DNA of 55,145 nucleotides, counting the filler, from Bipalium vagum (taxonomy: Eukaryota): the NCBI GenBank assembly GCA_037834085.1. It is 3 parts of 3 records of this genome, joined end to end, with 100 filler letters (N's around TTAATTAATTAA, not from the genome) between each part and the next. Parts side by side here need not be neighbours in the genome. Positions count along the whole stretch, not along the records: positions 1 to 21,865 come from JBBMKC010230521.1; positions 21,966 to 38,771 come from JBBMKC010093254.1; 1 more part is not named here. One strand, given 5' to 3'. Numbering within the stretch: the stretch's first letter is position 1; the number at the start of each line of letters is the position of its first letter. Positions 13,295 to 24,111 of this stretch are shown here, piece after piece. The notes beneath the pieces are model-generated. The model saw only the letters and a program-made list of their open reading frames with translations, was not told the origin of the DNA and did no database searches. A program made the translations under genes and the position numbers.

Positions 13295-13870
13295 TAAGGT
13301 ACAATAGTAACAAATAGATTAAATGTAAAGGTTACAAATTCAAAAGAAAAAATATCTCGAAAGATAAGGAAAACTCCAGGAGCATATGAAATTTCTGAAA
13401 TATTTTCATATATTGAGAATGGATATAAAAGTGTAAAAGAATTAGAATCATTAAACCAGAAGAATATTATATAAAAATTAATAATAATCGCTTTCTTCAA
13501 ACTGTATATTGAAAGTATTTAAAGGTTGTATTCTTTCTTTTCTGGAAAATTCAATTGGTGAAATTTTAGGATTTGAAAACAAACGTTATATAGAAGGTGA
13601 TTATGAATCAAAAATTGTTAAAATTTTTATGATAAAAAAATCATGATTGATTATAATATTGTTGAACGAAGATTTTATAATGATATAAGAAAAAATTTAA
13701 TTGCGACTTTAATTCAAACAATGTTCGAGCAGTTTGTCTTCTTCACAATGTTAGAATAATTAAACAATGTTAGAAGAATTATTGAAAGATCAAAAATTCC
13801 AATTTATTATTCTTTTAATACAAAAAAATATTAATGAAATAAAATTACAGATATTTGATAACAAAACTTA
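13295..13870 (+). pseudogene. Polinton/Maverick (adintovirus-like) minor capsid (penton) pseudogene fragment
   Basis: Across frameshifts: PGAYEISEI; NSIGEILGF; IMIDYNIVE..FYN; IIERSKIPIYY; INEIKLQIFD. These are penton-like motifs in the expected order. Confidence 0.65.
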
Positions 13871-14179
13871 ACTAATATCAGAGTTAGTTTTGAAGACTAT
13901 TATTTAATCAACCTGTGTGCTTGTTATCGATATAAATCGGCCTTAGAAACTGTGTTACTAATTTATGCCAGCGAGTAAAAGTTGAGCGCTTGACAGAGTA
14001 AGCAAAATAATTCTGAGTCTCAAGGAAACTTCAACATTAATATCTTAATGTTAGTAGATTGCTGTAGACCTTTCACAAATACACAATGAGTAGTATTAAT
14101 GAATTTCGAAGAATATCTTTATTCATGATTTTTGTTTTTCTACATTACTTTTGGCCACAATTAATTCCTAATCTAAAAT

Positions 14180-16028
14180 TTTTTATGATGAAAAAATAGA
14201 TTGAATACGTGAAGCAGCCAATGGTAAGAAAATTTGGATATCAATAGACGAAACCACTGATGTCACTGGTCGCTACATTACCAATGTTATGATTGGAACA
14301 CTAGAGATTGACAATAAAGACTTAATGCTTCTTTTGACAACTGAAGTATTTGAGAGAGTAAACTACCAAACCATATGCAAATTATTCGAAGAGTCCATGA
14401 TTCTTATATGGCCAAAATGAATACCACGCGATAACATTTTTTATTCGTTACTGATGGTGGTCCATATATAATAAAAGCAGCTACCGGGTTGTGTTGCTTG
14501 TACAATAAAATGATATAAGTTACATGTCTCGCCCATGGATTGCATCATGTAGCTGAGGAAATAAGAAAATGTTATCCAAAGTTTAATTTGTTAATCAGTA
14601 GCACCAAAAAAATATATTTGAAGGCACTATACTGAGTGAACTTGTTCAGACAGATTGTACCAGATTTAGGACTAGCTCTTAGGCCGGTAATAACACGATG
14701 GGGAATATGGTTGAATGCCGACTTCTATTGTTATAAAAATTTCCAAATTTTATCCAATATTATTGGAAAATTAGACTACGATGATTCAGTTTGTGTGAAA
14801 TTTGCTCAACAATCATTTAAGGATATTGGTGTCCAATGTCATCTAGCTTATATCATGGGAATTTTTAATTCCTTGGCTATACCTTGGCTAATTCCTTCTG
14901 TACCCTTGTAATTGTTACTATTATACTTTGAGACAAAAGCTTTCGCTCGTGTACCCGTAACTCCTCACGTTTACAATGCTGTGTTAGTTATTCGATTACA
15001 TTGGACTCAAATCAAAATTCTCTTAATAAAACCTTATCTACTGAATCAAAATACCCATTATAATACTCTATCCGCAACCTGAGAACTGAATCAAAACTCT
15101 CACAATAAAACTTTAAAGGAAAAACACAATCACAGCTAAATATAACCGCAAGAATTCATTCTGTAAATTACCCCAATAAATAATGATAAGTCAGTTAATC
15201 AAAATGTCAAAAAATAATCACCCCAAAATAATGATAAAAATGCAATTACTAATTATAAAGAGAGAGATGATCACTACAGATGAGGTTCCTAATGTAACAA
15301 AAAGAAAAATAAACGATCTCACCAAGAGCAACAAGGGGTCCCCGGGTCGCCCAGGGGCTCTCAAGTCCTCCGGGTCCCCTTGTTAAATCCTTTTGCGTTG
15401 TCATATCCACTTGCTCAGGACTGGAATATGAATTTGAGAATCGTCGTCTTCGGAGTTGAAAGCGTTGTCGAATCACTTGTAAACTGTCACTGCCGAACTG
15501 TCGCTGTCGTATTGTCACTGTTGAATCACTCGTACATTGTCGTTAAATTTCTCTGGGCAAATTGGTGGGAATAGCCGTCTCTTTATATAGCCGTAGGGAT
15601 TGGGCTACGATCACCAATCCCTACACTTCGAGATGGCTGTTTCCACCAATAGCCTCTAATTACTATCTTTGTATCCACTCCGAGACAAAAGAAATTAATA
15701 ACTCCCACGACAGAGTACAATTCCTATTTTACCACCTCGACGCCGAGGTTGATCTTTATCATTGTTATTATTATTACTATCTTCCCAATTAACATTGGGT
15801 TTGCATTCCCATTGTTATTATTTTCCCTTATTATTATTGTAACTCAACATAATAAATAAATTTTATTTATGGAGCTTATCAAATTTTGGATTTTTATAAT
15901 TTACTATGGAACTAATTATCATTTTTTGGGTATTAAAAGTTTGTTTAAGTTATAAAAAGTATTTTAATATATATATTTATATATATTTATAGATAAAATA
16001 TTTTAGGTCATAAAAATCCTAGTCTTAG
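14180..16028 (+). mobile_element. hAT-superfamily (DUF659/CGGBP-like) transposase remnant interrupted by an LTR element
   Basis: IWISIDETTDVTGRY, FVTDGGPY, VTCLAHGLHHVAEEIR and PVITRWGIWL at 14230-14860. Possible 3' terminus aaatcctagtcttag near 16026. Confidence 0.8.
14870..15849 (-). mobile_element. LTR-like element B (LTR about 15293-15849 plus adjacent internal leader), inserted in the hAT remnant
   Basis: 557-bp TG...CA bounded, GC-richer unit with TATATAAA on the minus strand, hairpins and a repeat-containing leader (AATCAAAA.. units). It abruptly interrupts the hAT coding sequence. Confidence 0.55.
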
Positions 16029-16619
16029 TCATATATATGTGAAATCATACACATTAATTAAAAACAATAAAACATTACAAAATTTATTTAAAGAAATCCA
16101 TTTTTTTCTCGAGATCAGGCATTTTATTTAAGTTTGCATGAAATTAGTTCTAAACACCAAAAGTCTTACATTTTCAAAAATCAAATTAAAGAGTATATTC
16201 TTTGCATCTCTCAAACATAAGATAAAAATATGTCAATGCGAATCCATGATTGAAGATTACCGATTTCCATAAAGAAATCTGCATTAATTCTTTAAACAGA
16301 CATTTTGCTAATTCAATATTCTTGTCTTAATTTTCTTTGACAATTGCATATTTTCCTGATATCTATGTGGAACTCAGCTTAATTTAATTAATTTTTTAAT
16401 TTAATACATTTAATAAACAATATAACTAATAAAATTTTAAATATGGTCCAATTTTTGAGGTTTTCATTTAAATATTATAAAAGTGAAAAATTACATAAAA
16501 TTCAAGGTGGTTCATGGCTTAGCTCGGTTCAAAAAAGAGGTTTGATTCTAGTATGTAAATAAATTAACGAGATCTTCTGGTGATCGAAGTATTAGTAATC
16601 TCAGATTTTTAAAGTAACG

Positions 16620-16780
16620 AATTCACATACTATCAATCAGGAATTGAAAAGATAGTGAAATGTTGGCTGAATATTATAGAAGCAGACAGTGACTATTTCA
16701 ATGAATAAATATTATTGACTTAATTATTTTTATTCGAAGTTTGTCTTAAAACCGATATTACTTTTTAAAAAAGCTGATAT
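16620..16780 (+). mobile_element. mariner 3' end remnant (cecropia-like TIR)
   Basis: YQSGIEKIVKCWLNIIEADSDYFNE* matches the mariner C-terminus. It is followed by aaaaccgatattactttt, resembling the Hsmar1-type TIR. Confidence 0.6.
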
Positions 16781-17227
16781 TTACCAGTTACATCCAAAAA
16801 TTTAAATTCAAACTCATGACTTATTTTAAATCATATTTTTTATTGACTATGCTCATTATGATATAAGTAAGGAAAATTTTATTTTATTTTACTAAAAAAC
16901 TACAGTTTTAATATTAAACATTTTCAGATCATATAGGTCAAAAAAATTTAATTTAAATAGTAAAAGATACAAGTTTATTAGAAAATTTCAAAAGATTACC
17001 GATTTGAAGAAATCTTAGATAACAAAAATTGGCGATTTTTAAGTTAAAAATGACAATATCTTAGAAATTGTTATTGGATTACATGTGTAATGAAGACTCA
17101 ACGTTGTTTAAAATGATTATTTGAAATTTTATAAATTTGAATTCATAATTGTTTAAAAACGCTTTAACATCATTATTTTATTTTTTTCAAATAAATACTT
17201 ATTGCAGTTGATTATTACATTTCTAAC

Positions 17228-19973
17228 ATGAATGATCAAAATACGTCTAATTTGAATTGGAAAACTGCAGTTGTCGTTGGAGCTATTGCTGTTACGACAT
17301 CAGTTGGAGTGTATTATTATTTGCGTTCTAGAAAGAAATTAAAACCAGCTAAAAGTTTGGGTGAATAAAATAGTTGATGATTATAATCATGTATTAATAT
17401 TTTGTTAGACATTGACGATACAGATACCTTATTAAATCAATCGAAAACAGTAGAAGTTCAATCAGATCCACATTCACAATCAGTCAAAATCAAAGAAAAA
17501 GGAAATTCATATTTCAAAGCAGGTCGACATGAAATGGCTAGGGACTGTTATACTGAAGCGTTGTCATTGTGTCCTTCTTCTTTTAAGCAAGATAAAGCTA
17601 TATTATATCAGAATCGTGCTGTAGCATTGGAAAACATGAAAAAGTTAGACGAAGCATTATTAGATTTGAATGAAGCACTGTTACTACATCCACGATATGA
17701 GAAAGCTCTTATTCGTAGATCACGAATTTTTCAGCAGAAAAACCGATATCGTGAGGCATTAATAGACATTACTGCTGCATCGATTTTTAACAATTTTAAA
17801 ATGACAGTATGTAATACTTTCCAATGTCTAATATGTTAAATATTATTATTCATAAAATCGTTTAGGACCTTATGAACCGAATAGAAGAGATAGTCAAAGA
17901 CATTGCCAAAACGGAAGTTGAAAAGGAATTGATCGGAACTCCGATTTTGCAGTCGGATTTTTATATCAAGACGTATTTAGAGTAAATAGAATGCATTCCT
18001 AAAAAAACTCTCTTAAACTAATAATCTATTTCACACTAGATCATTTCCCAATGATCCGTTCATAAATGATGGTAACCAACCAATTTCAGATCTCATGGAT
18101 CGATCGGGCGACAGTGACCACGCCGATATGGTGCAACATGTAACGGATCTCTTGAAATCGGGAAGATATGAAGAAAGCTTCCAAACTGTACAAACAATGC
18201 TCAAGTCGGACCCGATTTTATCGGAAGAAGAAAAAAGCCGTCTTCATCTTTTGCGTGGCACGTTTTATTTACTTAGTTGCCGAGAAGATTTGGCACTTAT
18301 CGACTTTGATCTGGTCATCCGTAATGCGTACGCACGGCCATCCGTAACTGTCAATGCTCTTATTAAACGGGCTCTGGTCATGCTTGCTAGTGAAAATGCT
18401 CATGAGGCTGAGAAAGCTTTTATTGAGGCTTTGCAAATCGACCCGGATTGTGCGGACATTTATTATCATCGTGGATCGTTTTTCGAGAGCATTGAAAAGA
18501 TTCAGGAGGCCATTAACGATTATAGCAGGGCTCTGGAGCTGAATCCTTTCTATTCGTATGCGGCTGTTGGTTTTATTGATTTTTTTTATGAATCTGTCTG
18601 ATTATCTAAAGTTTATTGATTTTGTGATTAGACGTGTATAAACTTATCAATGGGCATCGTTAGTGTCATTATTATTTAATCAGTTTTCATTGGTCGTTAT
18701 AATTCTAACTAAAAATGTGTGCACCAATGTGCGATAACTGGTAAAAGGTAGTTAAAATATTTTAGCAAGGATTTTGATTAGTAAATGGAAATATTATTTA
18801 ACCATTTTTTTCGATCCATTTCTGGTCTCAATTGAAAATTTTATTACTTAACTTTTGAAAATTGAGCTTATTGTGGCATAATTATATCCAAGAATTTCTC
18901 AAACCGCTTAGATTTTTTCCTATTGATTTTAAAAATTTTTCGAGGTTTAATCTTAAATATTTTTTTATTCATATATTTAAAAATGTTGTTATTTTGACTA
19001 TGATTTTTTATTTTTTCCAGGCTCATAAAATTCTGAATGAGTTTCGACTGAGTGCCATGGTCAATGAAAACTCTGCGGAAATGTTCAAGCAACTTGTTAG
19101 GAAATTTCCGAGCTGTATTGAGTGCAATATCATTTATGCACAAGTATGTCTGAAAAGATAAATATGTTCAGTAAAAATCAATAAATAACTCTTTTACATC
19201 GTTTTCCAAACATAGTGAGTGGATGAGAATTTATGAAAAAAAAACATGTTTTTTAACACTTATTGATGGATTTTTTTTCGATCCTCAATATTTGGTTTTC
19301 AATTTATGGATCAACTAGGATACTTTGATTTCATTGAAGATCGATTATTAACTGTGAACATATTATTTTTCAGAATCGAAACAGAATATTTTTGACCAAT
19401 ACCTATTACGTTATTATTAGATTTTGTTTTCACTTTAATTAATTATTTAAATTTTCAATTTCTAATCAATAAAAATGTTTTAATCTTTGAATCAGGTGCT
19501 GTTGAGCGAAAACAAATGTGATGAAGCCGAGAAAGTATGTGAAGATTTGTTGGAGTTTCGGTCTAAATCCAGTACAATTGTAACGACTTTGGCAATGATA
19601 AAGCTGTCCCAAAATAAATTGTCTGATGCTAAGAAGTTACTCAATGAAACCATTAAGGTTTTTGTTTTTATCGGACAGTTTTACAGTCAATATAATATCT
19701 TTTGATTTTTCTTTTCAAAAGGATGATCCCAAGTGTTCTTATTCGTACAACACCCTGGCCTCAGTCTACATAAAAGACGGTGATCTTCAAAAAGCTGTGG
19801 AGTTGCTTAATTTGGCCGTCAAATATGCTCGCAATCGACAAGAGTTGCATAGTTTTATCGCCACACGAGAGGGTGTTATGGCACAGCTGATCGTGTCTGT
19901 CAATTACAACATCCCTCCAAAGGACATTCTGGCTGCCATTCTTCAGCGGCTGAATATGCCAGCGTTCGAATAG
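17228..19973 (+). CDS. TOMM70: Mitochondrial import receptor TOM70, 569 aa. Exons 17228-17360, 17409-17806, 17866-17981, 18040-18565, 19021-19143, 19496-19657, 19722-19973
   Basis: N-terminal TM anchor (AVVVGAIAVTTSVGVYYYL followed by RSRKK), clamp TPRs (KEKGNSYFK..YQNRA..YEKALIRR), LLRGTFYLL, VNALIKRA, ADIYYHRG, KFPSC..YAQ. All GT-AG introns are phase-consistent and the exons total 1710 nt. Confidence 0.92.
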
Positions 19974-20589
19974 ATTTTTAATGGAATTGCATTTTGTCTA
20001 GATGTCGATAGAGAGAGAGCGGCAGAGAGAAAGAGTGAGAAAGATGGTCATACAAGTTTATTAGACTATTTTCCATTAAAATTTAGAATATAATTTTTTG
20101 TTTTATCCATTGATCAATCAGGGATAGGCCGAGAAAAAAACGGTGAATAGAAAATGAAAAATAATTATACTTTTATATTGATATTATTACATGTATTTTT
20201 AACAAAAACTATCGATTATTTTCTTAAAAGATAATGAAGATATATTTGAAGAATGATTTCATTACTGTGTTCACACGCACGCCAATGGGAAATTGAAGTA
20301 GTTTGTTTCTTGATTTGTGTTTTTCACCATACGAAAGGTTTTAAGTTAATTACACCATAAAACTAAGGACCCCCTTTATACCATCGAATAGTTCAATGAA
20401 AATTCATTTTATATACAAATAGAATCAAATTATTCATGTATTTCCTGATAAGGATTTCGAGTTGCGATTGTCACCATAAGTAATTTCGAAATAGTTAAAT
20501 AAAAATGGCTCGGAAAGAAGTTTTTATTAAAACAGCTTTTAGGCTGATGTTTGCTAAGACTTACGGTAGTAATCTTATAAAGTTTTTAA

Positions 20590-21373
20590 AATAAAACTTT
20601 TAGAAGTAGAATACCTTGAAATAAAATATTGAATTTTTATTCAAAAATGTTTCAAACACATTTTGATCGGTGATTAAATCTAAATCTATTTTTTATAATA
20701 CTAATATCCAAGTTAATACAAAAGTTGAAAAAAATCTTAAATAAATAGTTTTCTAAATTTTTCAAAAAATCTGTTAATGAATCACATCTTGCTTAGGATA
20801 TAGAATTATGTATTCCTAATGATTCTTACAAAACCTAGAATAAACTCTTTTATATTCTTTATTAGAAATATTTAATTTATTTAAAACGAATAAAATGGTT
20901 CTTTTGGTAATATTTCTGTTCTCTTAATTTTTTCAAAATCTGTAATATATTCATTACGAAAAATTCCTTTTGCTGTTTTAATTTAAAATTTAAAATATTA
21001 TTAGATTGAGTTATTCCCCCATTTTTAAAACTCTTACAAAATTTTTAAAGTTATTATCTTTTTCCATCTAATGTTTTTGATCTAATAAATATATTAGAAA
21101 TCTTAAAGAATCTACAAATTTAAAATTTTTGTATAAGTGAATGAAATATATTTATTAAACTTTAAATATATCTGTTTAATTGAAAAAATTAACATTATTT
21201 AAATCTGAAGTATTTTCATCTAATTGAATTTCATTTGCTAATTCTTTTATTATTAAATAAAAATCATATTCAGATTCGTTATGAAAAAATATTGGAATAA
21301 ATTTTGGTGTACTTGCTTGAATATTACATTCAGAATGTACAGGTTCTCTATGTCTTCCATTATAATTGTGCAA
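20590..21373 (-). pseudogene. Polinton/adintovirus-type protein-primed DNA polymerase B remnant
   Basis: GRHREPVHSECN (endonuclease VII-like), IPIFFHN..YDFYLIIKEL, KYISF, FVDSLRF, KGIFRNEY..FEKI..LPKEPFYS, DV..LTDF.EKFR and LDLITD are colinear pPolB motifs. Confidence 0.8.
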
Positions 21374-21456
21374 CTCTTATATAGCTCACCTGACCTATGC
21401 TAACGTTGTTGTGGGCCTATCTAAAGAGCTCTTTAGGATCATGTTTTTTGACCAAC

Positions 21457-21548
21457 TCGGTCAAAAAAGAGACTTGATACGATCCACCGGTCAAAAGAGA
21501 AACTTGAGACGATTGACCGGTCAAAAAAGAAACTTGAGACGAAACACA
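21457..21548. repeat. Three tandem 30-bp repeats
   Basis: Consensus CGGTCAAAARAGARACTTGAKACGA.... repeated three times. Confidence 0.85.
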
Positions 21549-21739
21549 AAAAGTAACATAAACAAATAATTTTCCATTTACAAATTTATTTTCATAAAAT
21601 GATTCGCAGTTTCTTGATTGAATATTTTGGCGCAGCATTCATTCATTTAGATGTAATTCAAAGAGTTCGTTATAGATGCCCTTCATTAACACGATCTTAA
21701 TAGTCAGATTCCCCCAAATCTATTCAAATCTTTGCGTGT

Positions 21740-22097
21740 GAGCACCTATATCAAAGGACGATCAGGACGTCCGTCAAAGACAACTGACCGCACTCAAAGA
21801 AGAATGAAGCGTGTTATTGCTGTAGATCCATTTGCTACATTCAGAAAACTTAGAAAAGAAGTTCCNNNNNNNNNNNNNNNNNNNNNNNNNNNNNNNNNNN
21901 NNNNNNNNNTTAATTAATTAANNNNNNNNNNNNNNNNNNNNNNNNNNNNNNNNNNNNNNNNNNNNTAAACAAATTAAAACAACTTGTAGTTTATTAAATA
22001 AGGAATAAATTTATATACAAATTAGTAATTTTCAATAACATTCTACTATTATTATATCTATTCAAAAATAGTCCAAGGACTTTATGCGTACCCTGTA
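21740..22097 (+). mobile_element. Tc1 fragment (HTH region before the gap, Tc1-like terminus after it)
   Basis: GRSGRPSKTTDRTQRRMKR..DPFAT, and terminus ...gcgtaccctg|TA near 22097. The two pieces are separated by an artificial spacer. Confidence 0.55.
21866..21965. other. Artificial scaffold spacer (N44-TTAATTAATTAA-N44)
   Basis: Exactly 100 nt. The linker has stop codons in all six frames and is identical to the spacer at 38772-38871. Confidence 0.95.
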
Positions 22098-22134
22098 TTA
22101 TATTTTATCTTATTTAGCAGAATATTTATTAATA

Positions 22135-22700
22135 CAGGCTGGCTCAAAAGTAACTTACTGATATTAAACAATAAAATAATGCAAATGTTCAAGAAAATTA
22201 TTTATTTTGAAAAGGACAATATGTCCTTATAAAGATTTTTTAAAATTTTTTTTGAAAATTATGTCATTTAAATGACTACCATTTTGTACTTCACAAAATT
22301 GTGCTCTTTTTACAAAGTTCTCCGTGGCATCAGCTAAAAATTTCAGATTTATGGCATTAATTTTATCACCACTATTGCTTTTTAATTGTTGGATGGACTT
22401 TGGATTATTAACGTAAACTTTCTCATTCAGATATTCCCAAAGAGCATAATCTGGAGCTGATAAATCTGGTGAGAGAGAAGGCCAGTTGCATGTCGGGTTT
22501 CTTGAAATTATTCGTTTATAGAAAATCTCACGTAAAAGTTTTTATTAATTCTACTATTTTCATTCTCTGACAAATTGGATATTTGTTTGACATTATTTTT
22601 TTGGATTCAATTTTTATATCTAAAATAATTTTAAAAAATCAATTTAAAATTAATTTTTTATGAATTTTTAAAATCAATAAGTTACTTTTGCGCCACCATG
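22135..22700 (-). mobile_element. Internally deleted Tc1/mariner-superfamily element (maT/rosa-like) with TIRs
   Basis: TA-flanked TIRs caggctggctcaaaagtaacttactgat / atcaataagttacttttgcgccaccatg. Internal WPSLSPDLSAPDYALWEYLNEKVY. Confidence 0.85.
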
Positions 22701-22785
22701 TATTATATTATTTATATTATATATAATATTAATTAAAATAATATATAATTAAAATTTAACTACATATTTAAATACACTGTTTTCG

Positions 22786-23083
22786 GTAGGAAGCCACAAT
22801 TTAGGGTCAGGTTGTTTAAATATATCAATTAATTATTATTATTTCATTCATAAATTTTTATCAATGAAAAAAATTTAAAAATTTTTTCATTTTCAAATTT
22901 TAAATTTCATTAAAAATATTATATACACACATATATAAGTAAATGTATGTATAAGTAAATTATTATGGAAATAATAAATTATATGATGAATAAAGAAAAT
23001 GCATTGGAATTTATAAGAATGAACGAAAAATATAGTAAAAATGAAGCATTTAAAAAACTTGACCCTAAATTGTGGCTTCCTAC
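22786..23083. mobile_element. MITE-like element with about 36-bp terminal inverted repeats
   Basis: gtaggaagccacaatttagggtcaggttgtttaaat is inverted at 23048-23083 with 2 mismatches. The interior is AT-rich and noncoding. Confidence 0.8.
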
Positions 23084-23205
23084 TATTTTTTCTCATCTGT
23101 CTTAATTTAATTAAATGTCTTTATAATCTTGATAAGAAATAAAAATTTTAAAAATTGAAATATTTTCAAAAATGGTTTCAGGACCCTTGTAATCTATAAG
23201 GATTA

Positions 23206-24111
23206 CAAGGGTTAGTCAAAACGTCATCAGACTAATACATAAAGTTTATTCTTTTTTTAATGTTGAATTACTATTCAATATAATAAAAACGACAAGTTTA
23301 GTTTGTGTTTAAAAGAAATAATTATATATTTCATAATCTAGTTAACAACTTAACACGAAAAATTTCGAAATTAGATGTAACATCAAATCTTTAGCAAGAC
23401 TTGTTTGGAATCCTATCATGGTTATTGATGCAGTTCAAAAATTTATGGAATTCCTCATATTGCATGGTAATGTATGAATGGACAAGATATTTTAATTAAG
23501 GCATAGGACAGCGGGAAGAAGTCCAGAAAACGTCAAGATTGTGCAAACTCTAATTGAGAAATACTGTCGTGTCACTGTTAACCACGTTGCAACAGATCTC
23601 GAAAAAAACGGTTTTGGGATGTACAAAGAAATATTCTTATTTATTTTTTTCAAGAAAAAAAAACAATTACTACTAGCTTTTTGAAATCAATTTTAAAAAG
23701 CTAAACATTGTAATGATGAGAAAAGATCAAGAAAGACAGGACAGCCAGATTTTGTTTCATTAAGATAATGTACCCAAATATACTGAAAGGAGTGTCAAAG
23801 ATCATCTGAGTAAATTTCAATGGGAAATAATTCCCCATCCTGCTTATAGCTCTGATTTCGCTCTATCAGACTTTCCCCGTTTCCAAAATCCAAAATCATC
23901 TACAAGGCATTCGCTTTCAAACAACTAAAAGAACCGATGAAGCAGGTTATTTCCTGATATATCCTCCTCAAATTTCTAAAAATAGATTGTATTTATAGAA
24001 ACAAAATTACACAACTGTAAATTTTGGTGGAGTTTGTATGGAAAAGTAATTATGCTATATTGATAAATAAATCTTTTTACATTTGTCTGAGAACTTTTTG
24101 ACTAAACGTTG
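23206..24111 (+). mobile_element. Degenerate mariner element
   Basis: TA-flanked degenerate TIRs. EIRCNIKSLARL and WEIIPHPAYSSDFALSDF (HPPYSPDLAPSDF-like). Confidence 0.8.

Noticed and set aside
21457-21548. 30-bp repeats as a CRISPR array
   Set aside because: The repeats are tandem with no unique spacers, there are no cas genes, and the context is eukaryotic.
21910-21921. TTAATTAATTAA palindrome as a biological site
   Set aside because: Sits symmetrically inside N runs twice; an assembly linker.
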